From positions 1 to 26,463 of the forward strand of contig CAYGTX010000001.1 in the NCBI GenBank assembly GCA_964352935.1: a DNA stretch of 26,463 nucleotides, read 5' to 3'. Below the pieces are notes generated by a model. That model was not told where the DNA came from. It was given only the letters and a program-made list of their open reading frames with translations, and did no database searches. This DNA is from an uncultured Rickettsiales bacterium (GTDB lineage: Bacteria > Pseudomonadota > Alphaproteobacteria > Rickettsiales > CAYGPX01). The position numbers were made by a program, and so were the translations under genes. Positions 17,188-26,331 of the stretch are shown in pieces; positions within the stretch are counted from its first letter, which is position 1; each line of letters begins with the position of its first letter.

Positions 17188-20100
17188 TTAATTGGCTTTA
17201 AAATAGGACTGTAATGCTCTGACTTCAAGCCCTTTATCTTCTTTTAATCGACGAATTGCTTTTACTAGCGCTTCAGAGCCTGCCATTGTTGTACTATAAG
17301 CAATCTTGTGCATCAATGCAGAGCGGCGAATGCTAAAGCTATCAGAGATAGCTTGAGAGCCTTCAGTCGTGTTGATAACCAAGTCAATACTGCCATCTTT
17401 AATACGATCCACAATATGCGGACGGCCTTCTAAAACTTTATTAACGGTTTCGGTTTTTACGTTATTATCCGTTAAATATTTAGCAGTACCGCGAGTAGCA
17501 ATAATATTAAACCCAAGTGCTTGCAAATCAGTGGCTATTTTAAGTGCTGTCTTTTTGTCACCATCACGCACCGAAACAAACACGTTTCCTTCAGTTGGTA
17601 GTGGATTACCAGCAGCAAGTTGTGCTTTTGCAAATGCACGACCAAAGCCTTTATCAAGCCCCATCACCTCACCAGTAGACTTCATTTCTGGGCCAAGCAA
17701 GACATCTGAATTCTGGAAGCGCGAGAATGGGAACACAGCTTCTTTCACCGCAATATGCTTATAGTCGCACTCTTCCAGTTTGAAGCTCTTTAAAGATTCA
17801 CCTGCCATAATACGTGATGCAATTTTAGCAACAGGCACATTGGTGGCTTTCGCAACAAACGGAACAGTGCGGCTCGCGCGCGGATTCACTTCAAGAATAT
17901 AGATGTTTTTTCCTTGAATCGCGAATTGAATATTCATTAAACCTTTCACTTCAAGCGCAAGCGCAAGCTTCTTGGTTTGTGTTTTGATTTCTTCAAGTAC
18001 CGCTTTGCTTAATGAGTGAGGAGGGAGTGAGCATGCTGAATCACCAGAGTGAATACCTGCTTCCTCAATATGTTCCATAATACCTGCGATATAAACGTCT
18101 TTTCCGTCAGAAATGGCATCTACATCCACTTCAATCGCATCATTCAAAAAGCCATCTAATAAAAGTGGGCCTGTTTCAAAGATATATTCTTTACCTTTAA
18201 GATATAAATCTAGCGCATCACCATCATGAATAATTGCCATGGCACGGCCACCAAGAACATAAGACGGACGCACTACAAGAGGGTAGCCCATTTTTTCTGC
18301 CGTAGCACGTACACTTTCAATTGAATGACAAATCGCGTTGGCAGGTTGCTTTAATTCTAGTTTATCTAAAAGTGCTTTAAATTGTTCGCGGTCTTCTGCT
18401 AAATCAATCGCAGCTGGAGATGTGCCAATAATCGGAATATTTTGAGATTCTAGATATTGTGCAAGTTTTAATGGGGTTTGACCACCAAGTTGAACCACAA
18501 CGCCTTTTAACTTCCCTTTTTGCTGCTCTTTCTGAATCACTTCAAGCACATGCTCGTCGGTAAGTGGTTCAAAATAGAGTCTGTCAGAAGTGTCATAATC
18601 GGTTGAAACGGTTTCAGGATTACAGTTAATCATAATGGTTTCATAACCTGCCTCGCGCAGCGCATAAGCCGCATGCACACAGCAATAGTCAAATTCAATG
18701 CCTTGACCAATGCGGTTTGGGCCACCGCCAAGAATCACAATCTTTTCTCTATTCGTCACGGCTGCTTCGCATTCTGCATCGGTGACACCATCGCCTTCAT
18801 AGGTGCTATACATATAAGGTGTGACTGAATCAAATTCAGCCGCGCATGTATCCACGCGTTTGAAAACAGGTCTTACACCCGCTGAATGACGGATCTTAGA
18901 AACAGCAGTCGCGGAAAGGTTGGTGAGTTCTGCTAAGCGTTTATCAGAGAATCCCTGTTTTTTAAGAAGCAATAAATCTTCTTTATTTTCAGGTAAGCCA
19001 GATTTGCGAAGCTCGGCTTCACGGTCAACAATTTCCTTTAACTGCTCAAGGAACCAAGGGTCATATTTGGTAATCTGGTGAATATCTTCTAGCGATAAAC
19101 CTTGACGAATCGCTTGTGCAATACGCAATAAACGATCTGAAAGAGGCTTGGCAATATTTGCGCGCAAAGAGTCTTCGTCGCTACCAATTTCAATTTCATT
19201 TAATCCGGTCAAGCCAGTTTCCATAGAGCATAATGCTTTTTGAAGAGACTCTTGGAAGTTTCTACCCATTGCCATGGCTTCACCTACAGAGCGCATGGTG
19301 CTGCTGAGGGTTGCTTCTGTGCCTTCAAATTTCTCGAAGGTAAAGCGAGGGATTTTGGTGACAACATAATCAATCACTGGCTCAAACGATGCAGGAGTTA
19401 CTTTGGTGACATCGTTCAAGATCTCATCAAGTGTGTAGCCTACGGCTAGTTTTGCAGCAACTTTCGCAATTGGGAAGCCTGTGGCTTTAGAAGCAAGAGC
19501 AGATGAGCGCGACACACGTGGGTTCATCTCAATGACTACTAAGCGTCCATCTTCTGGGTTCACTGCAAATTGTACGTTCGAACCACCTGTGTCCACACCA
19601 ATTTCACGAAGCACTGCAAGGCTGGCATCGCGCATATATTGGTATTCTTTATCGGTTAATGTGAGGGCGGGTGCAACGGTGATACTATCACCTGTATGCA
19701 CACCCATTGGGTCAACATTTTCAATCGAACAGATGATGATGCAGTTATCCGCTTTGTCGCGCACCACTTCCATTTCATATTCTTTCCAGCCAATGATAGA
19801 TTCATCAATCTGAACTTCATGGGTAGGAGATACATCTAGTCCATTACGAACGATGGCTTCAAATTCTTCACGGTTATAAGCCACGCCACCACCAGCACCA
19901 CCAAGTGTGAATGATGGACGGATGATAGCAGGTAAGCCAATATCGTCTAATGCAGCCATTGCTTGCTCAATGGTTTTAACGATAGTATTGCGTGGCACTT
20001 CAAGGCCAATTTTTGCCATTGCTTTGTTGAATTGGTCGCGATCTTCGGCTTTCGCAATCACTTCTGGTTTTGCACCAATTAGTTCTACATTGTATTTTTT

Positions 20101-20424
20101 AAGGATGCCCATATGCGCTAAATCCATCGCGCAGTTTAATGCTGTTTGTCCACCCACCGTTGGAAGAATAGCATCGGGCTTTTCCTTAATGATAATTTTT
20201 TCAACAATTTCTGGAGTGATGGGCTCAATATAGGTGGCGTCAGCTAGCTCTGGATCTGTCATGATGGTTGCTGGATTCGAGTTTACCAATGCAACGCGAT
20301 AACCCTCTTCTTTGAGTGCTTTAATGGCTTGTGTTCCGGAATAGTCAAACTCACACGCTTGGCCGATGACAATGGGTCCAGCGCCGATGACAAGGATGGA
20401 TTTGATATCAGTACGTTTTGGCAT
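17188..20424 (-). CDS. carB: Carbamoyl-phosphate synthase large subunit
   Basis: [30 protein letters not shown], duplicated ATP-grasp halves, C-terminal MGS domain. Confidence 0.99.
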   Translation of the reverse strand: MPKRTDIKSILVIGAGPIVIGQACEFDYSGTQAIKALKEEGYRVALVNSNPATIMTDPELADATYIEPITPEIVEKIIIKEKPDAILPTVGGQTALNCAMDLAHMGILKKYNVELIGAKPEVIAKAEDRDQFNKAMAKIGLEVPRNTIVKTIEQAMAALDDIGLPAIIRPSFTLGGAGGGVAYNREEFEAIVRNGLDVSPTHEVQIDESIIGWKEYEMEVVRDKADNCIIICSIENVDPMGVHTGDSITVAPALTLTDKEYQYMRDASLAVLREIGVDTGGSNVQFAVNPEDGRLVVIEMNPRVSRSSALASKATGFPIAKVAAKLAVGYTLDEILNDVTKVTPASFEPVIDYVVTKIPRFTFEKFEGTEATLSSTMRSVGEAMAMGRNFQESLQKALCSMETGLTGLNEIEIGSDEDSLRANIAKPLSDRLLRIAQAIRQGLSLEDIHQITKYDPWFLEQLKEIVDREAELRKSGLPENKEDLLLLKKQGFSDKRLAELTNLSATAVSKIRHSAGVRPVFKRVDTCAAEFDSVTPYMYSTYEGDGVTDAECEAAVTNREKIVILGGGPNRIGQGIEFDYCCVHAAYALREAGYETIMINCNPETVSTDYDTSDRLYFEPLTDEHVLEVIQKEQQKGKLKGVVVQLGGQTPLKLAQYLESQNIPIIGTSPAAIDLAEDREQFKALLDKLELKQPANAICHSIESVRATAEKMGYPLVVRPSYVLGGRAMAIIHDGDALDLYLKGKEYIFETGPLLLDGFLNDAIEVDVDAISDGKDVYIAGIMEHIEEAGIHSGDSACSLPPHSLSKAVLEEIKTQTKKLALALEVKGLMNIQFAIQGKNIYILEVNPRASRTVPFVAKATNVPVAKIASRIMAGESLKSFKLEECDYKHIAVKEAVFPFSRFQNSDVLLGPEMKSTGEVMGLDKGFGRAFAKAQLAAGNPLPTEGNVFVSVRDGDKKTALKIATDLQALGFNIIATRGTAKYLTDNNVKTETVNKVLEGRPHIVDRIKDGSIDLVINTTEGSQAISDSFSIRRSALMHKIAYSTTMAGSEALVKAIRRLKEDKGLEVRALQSYFKAN

Positions 20425-20483
20425 GGTTAATCCGGTATTTTGTATGGTTAAATATTATGTTTAGCTTACGTTGCAAATTATCA

Positions 20484-21686
20484 TTAAGAGGCTTTTTTCT
20501 TTTTCGTCTTCGACTTACCGTGGTGCTGTTCCATCAAATCGATAAAGCGATTAAATAGATGGGCACTATCTTTAGGGCCTGGTGATGCTTCAGGGTGGTA
20601 TTGCACTGTAAATAAAGGACGAGTTTTAGAGCGAATGCCCTCTACCGTGCCATCAAAAAGTGAGCGATGCGAAATTTCAACGTCTTTTGGTAAGTTTTGG
20701 TCACTCACTACGAAGCCATGATTTTGGCTCGTGATTTCAACTTTCTTGGTTCTTAGGTCTTGTACTGGGTGGTTACTTCCACGGTGACCTTGTGGCATTT
20801 TTGTAGTTTCGCAGCCAAGTGCCAGTGATAATAGCTGGTGCCCTAAACAAATCCCAAACATAGGAAGGTTGGCTTCAATCAATGTTTGAAGAACAGGGAT
20901 TGCATATTCACCTGTTGCTGATGGATCGCCAGGGCCGTTAGAAAGGAAGATGCCATCTGGCTTGTGTTTTAGAATATCTTCTGCTGAGGTTTTTGCAGGC
21001 ACCACAATCACTTCACATCCAACTTCAGCGAGTGAACGTAGGATGTTAAGTTTTGCACCATAATCAATCGCTACCACCTTAAAGAGTGGCTTAGCGGTGT
21101 TGTTATATTTGTTTTGTACCATTTGCCATGCGCCAATCGTCCAATGATGAGTCCGTTGGCTCGAAACGCCAGAGGCTAGTTCCATGCCTTTCATTGACGG
21201 GTGTACTTCTGCAAGTTTTTGCAAGCGTTCAATGTCTAAGTCTCTTGCTTTCTCAAAATAGCAAATAGATACGTTTTGAGCGCCATTCTTACGAATAAGG
21301 CGCGTGATAGCGCGTGTATCAACGCCGCAAATGCCAGTTAATTTCTTGGCTTTCAACCATTCGTGAAACGATTCATTTGAGCGGTAGTTTGAAGGCGAGG
21401 TGATGTTCTCTCTGACAATTAAGCCTCGTGCAGCAGGAGCAGCGGCTTCCATATCGTCAGTATTAGCGCCCACATTTCCGATATGTGGGAAAGTGAAGGT
21501 GATAATTTGACCCGCATATGAAAGGTCCGTTAGTGTTTCTTGGTATCCGGTAAGTCCCGTGTTGAAGCAAATCTCTCCAACAGCAATGCCTTGCTCGCCA
21601 ATTCCTTGTCCATAAAATATACTTCCATCAGCAAAAACGAGAGCAGCAGTAGCGTGTTGGGGTATAGATTGGCCAGTATTGGTCAT
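20484..21686 (-). CDS. carA: Carbamoyl-phosphate synthase small subunit
   Basis: FNTGLTGYQE, LSNGPGDP, FGICLGHQ, ITSQNHGF, VQYHPEASPGP. Confidence 0.99.
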   Translation of the reverse strand: MTNTGQSIPQHATAALVFADGSIFYGQGIGEQGIAVGEICFNTGLTGYQETLTDLSYAGQIITFTFPHIGNVGANTDDMEAAAPAARGLIVRENITSPSNYRSNESFHEWLKAKKLTGICGVDTRAITRLIRKNGAQNVSICYFEKARDLDIERLQKLAEVHPSMKGMELASGVSSQRTHHWTIGAWQMVQNKYNNTAKPLFKVVAIDYGAKLNILRSLAEVGCEVIVVPAKTSAEDILKHKPDGIFLSNGPGDPSATGEYAIPVLQTLIEANLPMFGICLGHQLLSLALGCETTKMPQGHRGSNHPVQDLRTKKVEITSQNHGFVVSDQNLPKDVEISHRSLFDGTVEGIRSKTRPLFTVQYHPEASPGPKDSAHLFNRFIDLMEQHHGKSKTKKKKAS

Positions 21687-21763
21687 GATGTGCGATCCCT
21701 TAAAAATTTGTTTAGATTTTAAGAGTTTGCCAAAAGCTCCCTGCCAGCGGGCAAACTTTGCGG

Positions 21764-21792
21764 AATATATGGATTCTACGCCTCACTGTCAA
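21764..21792 (-). promoter_or_regulatory. Sigma70-type promoter of carAB
   Basis: Minus strand TTGACA (21792-21787)-N17-TATATT (21769-21764). Confidence 0.75.
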
Positions 21793-21872
21793 CAGCTAAT
21801 CATTGTGGTTGCAGGTATAAATTTTTTATTTTACTTACTTAAATTATAGTTGGTATCTATAGTGCATTAATT

Positions 21873-21920
21873 ACCATTAAAGGAGAGTGTTTTTATACCA
21901 TTAAAGGAGAGTGTTTTTAT
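21873..21920 (+). repeat. Perfect 24-bp tandem duplication containing a Shine-Dalgarno sequence
   Basis: ACCATTAAAGGAGAGTGTTTTTAT twice (21873-21896 and 21897-21920). Confidence 0.97.
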
Positions 21921-22047
21921 GGCATCTTATATTAAAATAATATTTGCTCTTTTCTCAATAACTATGCTGACTGCATGTAACACTGTGAAGGGTTTTGGTG
22001 AAGATTTACAGAATTTGGGTGATTCTATTGAAGAAAGTGCCAACTAA
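21919..22047 (+). CDS. Entericidin A/B-family small lipoprotein, 42 aa (absent from the ORF track)
   Basis: MASYIKIIFALFSITMLTACNTVKGFGEDLQNLGDSIEESAN*; lipobox LTAC, CNTVxGxGxD pattern, strong AAGGAG RBS. Confidence 0.9.
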   Translation: MASYIKIIFALFSITMLTACNTVKGFGEDLQNLGDSIEESAN

Positions 22048-22094
22048 TTTTGCTACGCATAAATATTAAAAGTTTCCGCTTTAGAGAGTGACTT

Positions 22095-22928
22095 CTAAGA
22101 GGAAGCTTTTTTATGTGTGGAGTGTGTACCAGATTTATTTTTCCAACGAATCGCACAAAATAGGCTTGCTGCTGTTACGATATAGAAAGCAAGTTGAATA
22201 CCCATCGGGCTTTCAGAATAACCAAATAAAGCATGTAGCACTTGTCCAACAAAACCATCTTGGCTAATAATATGGCCACTATTCCAAGCAGTTGAAGTCC
22301 AAAAAGATAGCATGTCTGCTGCCACTAAATATTTAGCACCATTGGCGGCCATACCAGCAGCAAGAAACACGAGTAGCCAGCTTGTCACTTTGAAGATGTT
22401 CTTGGTTGGTATCTGTAATAATCCAAAATAGAGCAGTGCGCCAATAACAGTTCCGCCCACTAGGCCAATGCTACTACCCAGTAAAACTGTGCTAAGTGGA
22501 GTGCCAGAGGCTAAAATACCATGGGTGAATAAAATGATCTCAGAGCCTTCACGAATTCCTGTGATGGCAATCACCACAGCAAGTGAGTACATTGGAAGTG
22601 ATCCGTCAGCGACTTTTTTACCTACATTCTTTAGGTGTGCAGCTAATTGTTTGGCGTGTGTTGCCATCCATAATACAGTCCAAGCAATGAGTGCAGTAGC
22701 GGTGAATAGAATAATAGCATTGAATAGTTCTTGCCCAAGACCTTCTGCTGCCATTGAAATTTCATTCGCAAAATAAGCAACAATGGCAGAACCTGCAACT
22801 GAGCCCAATAGGCCAGCAGCAATCCACTTTGCGCGTCCTTCAATGCCTTTAGTGGCTGCGCTAATAACACCCAGAATAAGGGCTATTTCTAAAATTTCTC
22901 TGAAAACAATGATGGCTGATGATAGCAT
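22095..22928 (-). CDS. FTR1-family iron permease (EfeU/FtrC-like)
   Basis: Two RExxE motifs (FREILE, IREGSE); about seven TM helices. Confidence 0.93.
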   Translation of the reverse strand: MLSSAIIVFREILEIALILGVISAATKGIEGRAKWIAAGLLGSVAGSAIVAYFANEISMAAEGLGQELFNAIILFTATALIAWTVLWMATHAKQLAAHLKNVGKKVADGSLPMYSLAVVIAITGIREGSEIILFTHGILASGTPLSTVLLGSSIGLVGGTVIGALLYFGLLQIPTKNIFKVTSWLLVFLAAGMAANGAKYLVAADMLSFWTSTAWNSGHIISQDGFVGQVLHALFGYSESPMGIQLAFYIVTAASLFCAIRWKNKSGTHSTHKKASS

Positions 22929-22956
22929 GATAAAATACTATGAGAAAAATCAAAAT

Positions 22957-23301
22957 CTACTTGGCAATAATTTTGCCTTGTGCGGTTTCAGGGTTGAATT
23001 CTCCAAAGAACCCATACTCGCCCGCCTCAAGTGGGCCAAGAAAGACGACCGCTTTACTGTTGCCGCTAATAATTTTTTCACGATGAAGTTCATTGCTCTC
23101 AAATTCTTCAGGTGTAGCATCTTGATTGTCCACAACAAGTTTGAACTTAACATTGGCAGGCACTTCAATAGTTGCAGGTGAGAATACATGTTCTTTAATT
23201 GTGATAGTGAAAACAGGTTTCTCATCTGCATGTGCAAAACTTGTATATGATGCGACAAGTAATGTGATTCCTAGTGCTATATTTGTAAAAATTCGTAACA
23301 T
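22957..23301 (-). CDS. Periplasmic cupredoxin-domain protein (FtrB-like); start moved to ATG at 23301
   Basis: Signal peptide AHA-D, FSPATIEVPA, EEFES, GEYGFFGEFN; GGAG upstream of the ATG; adjacent to FTR1. Confidence 0.88.
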   Translation of the reverse strand: MLRIFTNIALGITLLVASYTSFAHADEKPVFTITIKEHVFSPATIEVPANVKFKLVVDNQDATPEEFESNELHREKIISGNSKAVVFLGPLEAGEYGFFGEFNPETAQGKIIAK

Positions 23302-23329
23302 TAATGTTCTCTCCACTTAAATAAGTGCA

Positions 23330-23362
23330 TATAATAATAATCATTCTCAATATGTAAGGCAA
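23330..23362 (-). promoter_or_regulatory. Promoter with an overlapping Fur box for the cupredoxin-FTR1 operon
   Basis: 23330-23348 TATAATAATAATCATTCTC matches GATAATGATAATCATTATC at 16/19. Minus strand TTGCCT (23362-23357)-N17-TATTAT (23339-23334). Confidence 0.8.
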
Positions 23363-23600
23363 GTTATTTTTATTTTCTTTCATATGTTTGATGACAATAC
23401 CTATTTTAAAAGTAGGAAAAGTGTAAATATTAAAAGCTATTTCTATGGATTAGTAGGATTTTCTCGTATAGAATGTTTGTAATATTACAAATACTTGACA
23501 AAAAAACATGGAATTGTAATAAAACTGTAACATTTACATGTTATGATTGGTAATGTTAGTAACGATTTAAGGTTTGGGAAACGATTTTAGGAGATAGACC

Positions 23601-23963
23601 ATGATTATTAAGTACATTAAATATGCATCACCATATTTACATATGAAATACAGCTCTTCAGCGTGGGCAATGGCAATTATTGGTGCGATTGCAATTTCAA
23701 TGATGCCAGAACTTTCTTTTGCAAATGCAATTGAAGATACTGTCTGTGCAATTGTTGGGCAGTTGGCTGGACCAGTTGGTCGAGGTATTGCAGCAGTGGC
23801 TGTAATTTTCCTTGGTTTTTCATTGTTTATGGGTAAAGTAACTTGGGGTCTCGCACTGGCGCTTGGTATCGGTATTGCCGCTATTTTTGGTGCACCAGAG
23901 ATTGTCGCTCTTTTAGGTGGTGGTGAAGAAGAAGCGTGTGCTGGGCAATTGGATGCTGATTAA
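23601..23963 (+). CDS. virB2: VirB2/TrbC-family type IV secretion pilin
   Basis: Long leader, then GPVGRGIAAVAVIFLGFSLFMGKVTWGLALALGIGIAAIFGAPEIV with two hydrophobic helices; precedes a virB4 homolog. Confidence 0.88.
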   Translation: MIIKYIKYASPYLHMKYSSSAWAMAIIGAIAISMMPELSFANAIEDTVCAIVGQLAGPVGRGIAAVAVIFLGFSLFMGKVTWGLALALGIGIAAIFGAPEIVALLGGGEEEACAGQLDAD

Positions 23964-23996
23964 GCAGTAATTTAGACAAAAGATTGTTTTTTATTA

Positions 23997-24030
23997 AAAA
24001 AAGGCCTACTTTTAAAAGTAGGCCTTTTTT
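23997..24030. terminator. Perfect 34-bp palindrome, bidirectional terminator-like
   Basis: AAAAAAGGCCTACTTTT|AAAAGTAGGCCTTTTTT. Confidence 0.85.
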
Positions 24031-24058
24031 GTTTGTGTTAGGATAGGGAGTTTAAAAT

Positions 24059-26326
24059 TTGTTTAAGGCGACAAATACAAAAGCTGGATTAGCGTTGGAG
24101 AGCCCTGATGCGGATTTCATCCCTTATGCCTGCCATTATTTGCCAGACACATTGCTGACGAAAAATGGCGAGTTGATGAAGGTGTTAAAAATCACTGGTT
24201 TTATGCAGGAGCAAGTGGGAGCAAAACATCAAGATGTCAGAGAAGTGTTAAGGGGAGCTATTCAAAAACATATACCTGATGCAAGCTTTGCAATGTGGAT
24301 ACATACTATTCGTAGAAAAAAAGATATGAGCTTAAAAGCGCGTTCTACTAATGTTTTTTCGCAAAAAATATCGGATGAGTGGGAAAGTAAGCATAGCTGG
24401 AAAAGTTCTTACGTAAATGAAATTTATCTCACGGTTATTAAAGAAAGTGCACCTTTTAAAATCAAAAATATTAAACAACTTTTTAGAAGCCTTTCTTTTA
24501 AAAGTTTAAATAATTGGCACGAACGATTCTTAGCTGGTTCGAATCAACAGCTAGATGAAGTTGTTCATAAAATAAAAGCTGATTTAGAAGTTTTTGGTGT
24601 AAAAAAACTTTCATTAGTTGCATTCAAAGGCGCTTATTATTCCGAGCCACTTCAATTCTTATCAAAAATTTTAAGTCTTGCAGATAGCCCTGTTCCGTTG
24701 ATGCCAGTTAATTTGTCTGAAGAATTATCTTCCTATAAAGTGGCTTTTGGCTTTAATGTTTTAGAGGTGGTGAGTGCAGTAGGAAAACGTTTTGCTTCTA
24801 TACTTACTTTAAAAGAATATCATGAATTAGCATTAACTGAATTGGATAAGTTTTTACAACTTCCACAAGAGTTTATCATCACACAAACGCTTGATTTTAT
24901 TAATAGCAAACAAGCGCTAGAGCATTATCGCAAGCAAGCGTATGTGTTAAATGCCAGTGGTGATGCTAAGTTTTATGAAATAAGTGGATTAAAGAATATT
25001 ATCGATGGTGGAGAAGGCAGGAAGAACGCTTATGGCGAGAGTCAAATGACGGTCATGTTGCTTAATAGTGAATTGCAAGGTCTTGAGAATGATATTGACA
25101 GTGCTTATAAGGTGCTATCAGCACTGGGCATGAATGCAACAAGAAGAGACTTGCGAATGGAGGAGTGTTATTGGGCAAATCTGCCTGCTAATTTCTCTTT
25201 TGTAACACGAAGGAAACCAATTAATACAAACCGCTTTGCGGGAATGATTTCACTTTCTAGTGAAGAGTTTGGAGCCAAAGATGGTAATAAGTGGGGTGAA
25301 GCCATTACTACCTTCCGTACAATGGCAAATACACCCTTCTTTTTTAGCTTTCATCTAGGAGATGGTGGTCATACAGCCATTATGGGGCCAAAAAAAAGCG
25401 GTAAGAAAACATTGCTTCACTTCTTGCTTTCGCAATCTAGTAAAGTAAATCCAAAAATATTTTATTTTGGCTGTTCAAATAAAATGTCAAAATTTACGGA
25501 AGCAATGGAAGGAAAGCACCATCAGATAAATCGCGAAAATGGAGGCGAAAATCCATTCTCACTAGCGGCAACGCAAGAAAATCTAAGCTTCTTTTTTAAG
25601 TGGTTGACACTGTTGATTGGAAAAAGATTACACGATTTGGATGAAAATGAAAAGAAGCTGCTCCAACAGGCTGCTAAATTCTTGCTTAAATTGCCGCCAG
25701 AGCAACGGTCACTGCTGAAGCTTCTTCCAGGTATCAAGAAAGCAGGTAATACCTCAATATATACGTCATTAGAAAGGTGGGCTGACAAAGAATATGGGGA
25801 GTGGATAGCAAAAAGTAACGTTGATTTGTCGTCAAATAATTTTCACAGTTTTGATGTGTCTGCCTTGCTTCATTTTAAAGACGTTTTATCACCAATTTTA
25901 CATGTAATATTACATAAAATTGAGTCTGAATTGACGGGTAAACCTACTATTATCGTATTTGATGAGGCGTGGGACATCCTAAATCACCCCTCGTTTATGC
26001 CAGATTTATCGTTTATACTTGATAAGTTTGCAGCTAAAAATGCTATTTTTGTGTTTTCTACAGAGAATGTTGCAGATTCAAACGCCTCTTTAATACCAAA
26101 AGAGGTCGCTTTAAAAGTAACCACTAAAATTTTTACTCCCAATAAAGATGCTGAAAAATATAGCCAATCTTACATGAAAATTTGGGATTTAAGTGATGCA
26201 GAATTTGAGAAATTGGTTGAAATGCAGGTTACAAAACAGCAATTTATGATAAAAACAGAAGAAAACTCTATTGTTCTAAAAGGTGATTTTCGTGATGTTG
26301 ACTCACTCATTTCTTTGATGAAATAG
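24059..26326 (+). CDS. virB4: VirB4-family protein with degenerate ATPase motifs (RvhB4-II-like; TTG start)
   Basis: IPYACHY...LLTKNGEL, MEECYWANLPANF, PFFFSFH...GHTAIMG, IIVFDEAW, TKIFTPN; AGGGAG RBS. Confidence 0.88.
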   Translation: MFKATNTKAGLALESPDADFIPYACHYLPDTLLTKNGELMKVLKITGFMQEQVGAKHQDVREVLRGAIQKHIPDASFAMWIHTIRRKKDMSLKARSTNVFSQKISDEWESKHSWKSSYVNEIYLTVIKESAPFKIKNIKQLFRSLSFKSLNNWHERFLAGSNQQLDEVVHKIKADLEVFGVKKLSLVAFKGAYYSEPLQFLSKILSLADSPVPLMPVNLSEELSSYKVAFGFNVLEVVSAVGKRFASILTLKEYHELALTELDKFLQLPQEFIITQTLDFINSKQALEHYRKQAYVLNASGDAKFYEISGLKNIIDGGEGRKNAYGESQMTVMLLNSELQGLENDIDSAYKVLSALGMNATRRDLRMEECYWANLPANFSFVTRRKPINTNRFAGMISLSSEEFGAKDGNKWGEAITTFRTMANTPFFFSFHLGDGGHTAIMGPKKSGKKTLLHFLLSQSSKVNPKIFYFGCSNKMSKFTEAMEGKHHQINRENGGENPFSLAATQENLSFFFKWLTLLIGKRLHDLDENEKKLLQQAAKFLLKLPPEQRSLLKLLPGIKKAGNTSIYTSLERWADKEYGEWIAKSNVDLSSNNFHSFDVSALLHFKDVLSPILHVILHKIESELTGKPTIIVFDEAWDILNHPSFMPDLSFILDKFAAKNAIFVFSTENVADSNASLIPKEVALKVTTKIFTPNKDAEKYSQSYMKIWDLSDAEFEKLVEMQVTKQQFMIKTEENSIVLKGDFRDVDSLISLMK

Positions 26327-26331
26327 TCTAT

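Noticed and set aside
21873-21920. 24-bp repeat as a CRISPR remnant
   Set aside because: The copies abut with no spacer, there are only two, and no cas genes are present.
22950-23258. Alternative minus-strand 102-aa ORF over the cupredoxin gene
   Set aside because: Out-of-frame overlap with a gene that has a signal peptide, RBS and family motifs.
24059-26326. virB4 as a pseudogene
   Set aside because: Intact 755-codon frame with an RBS; degeneration is concentrated in catalytic motifs.
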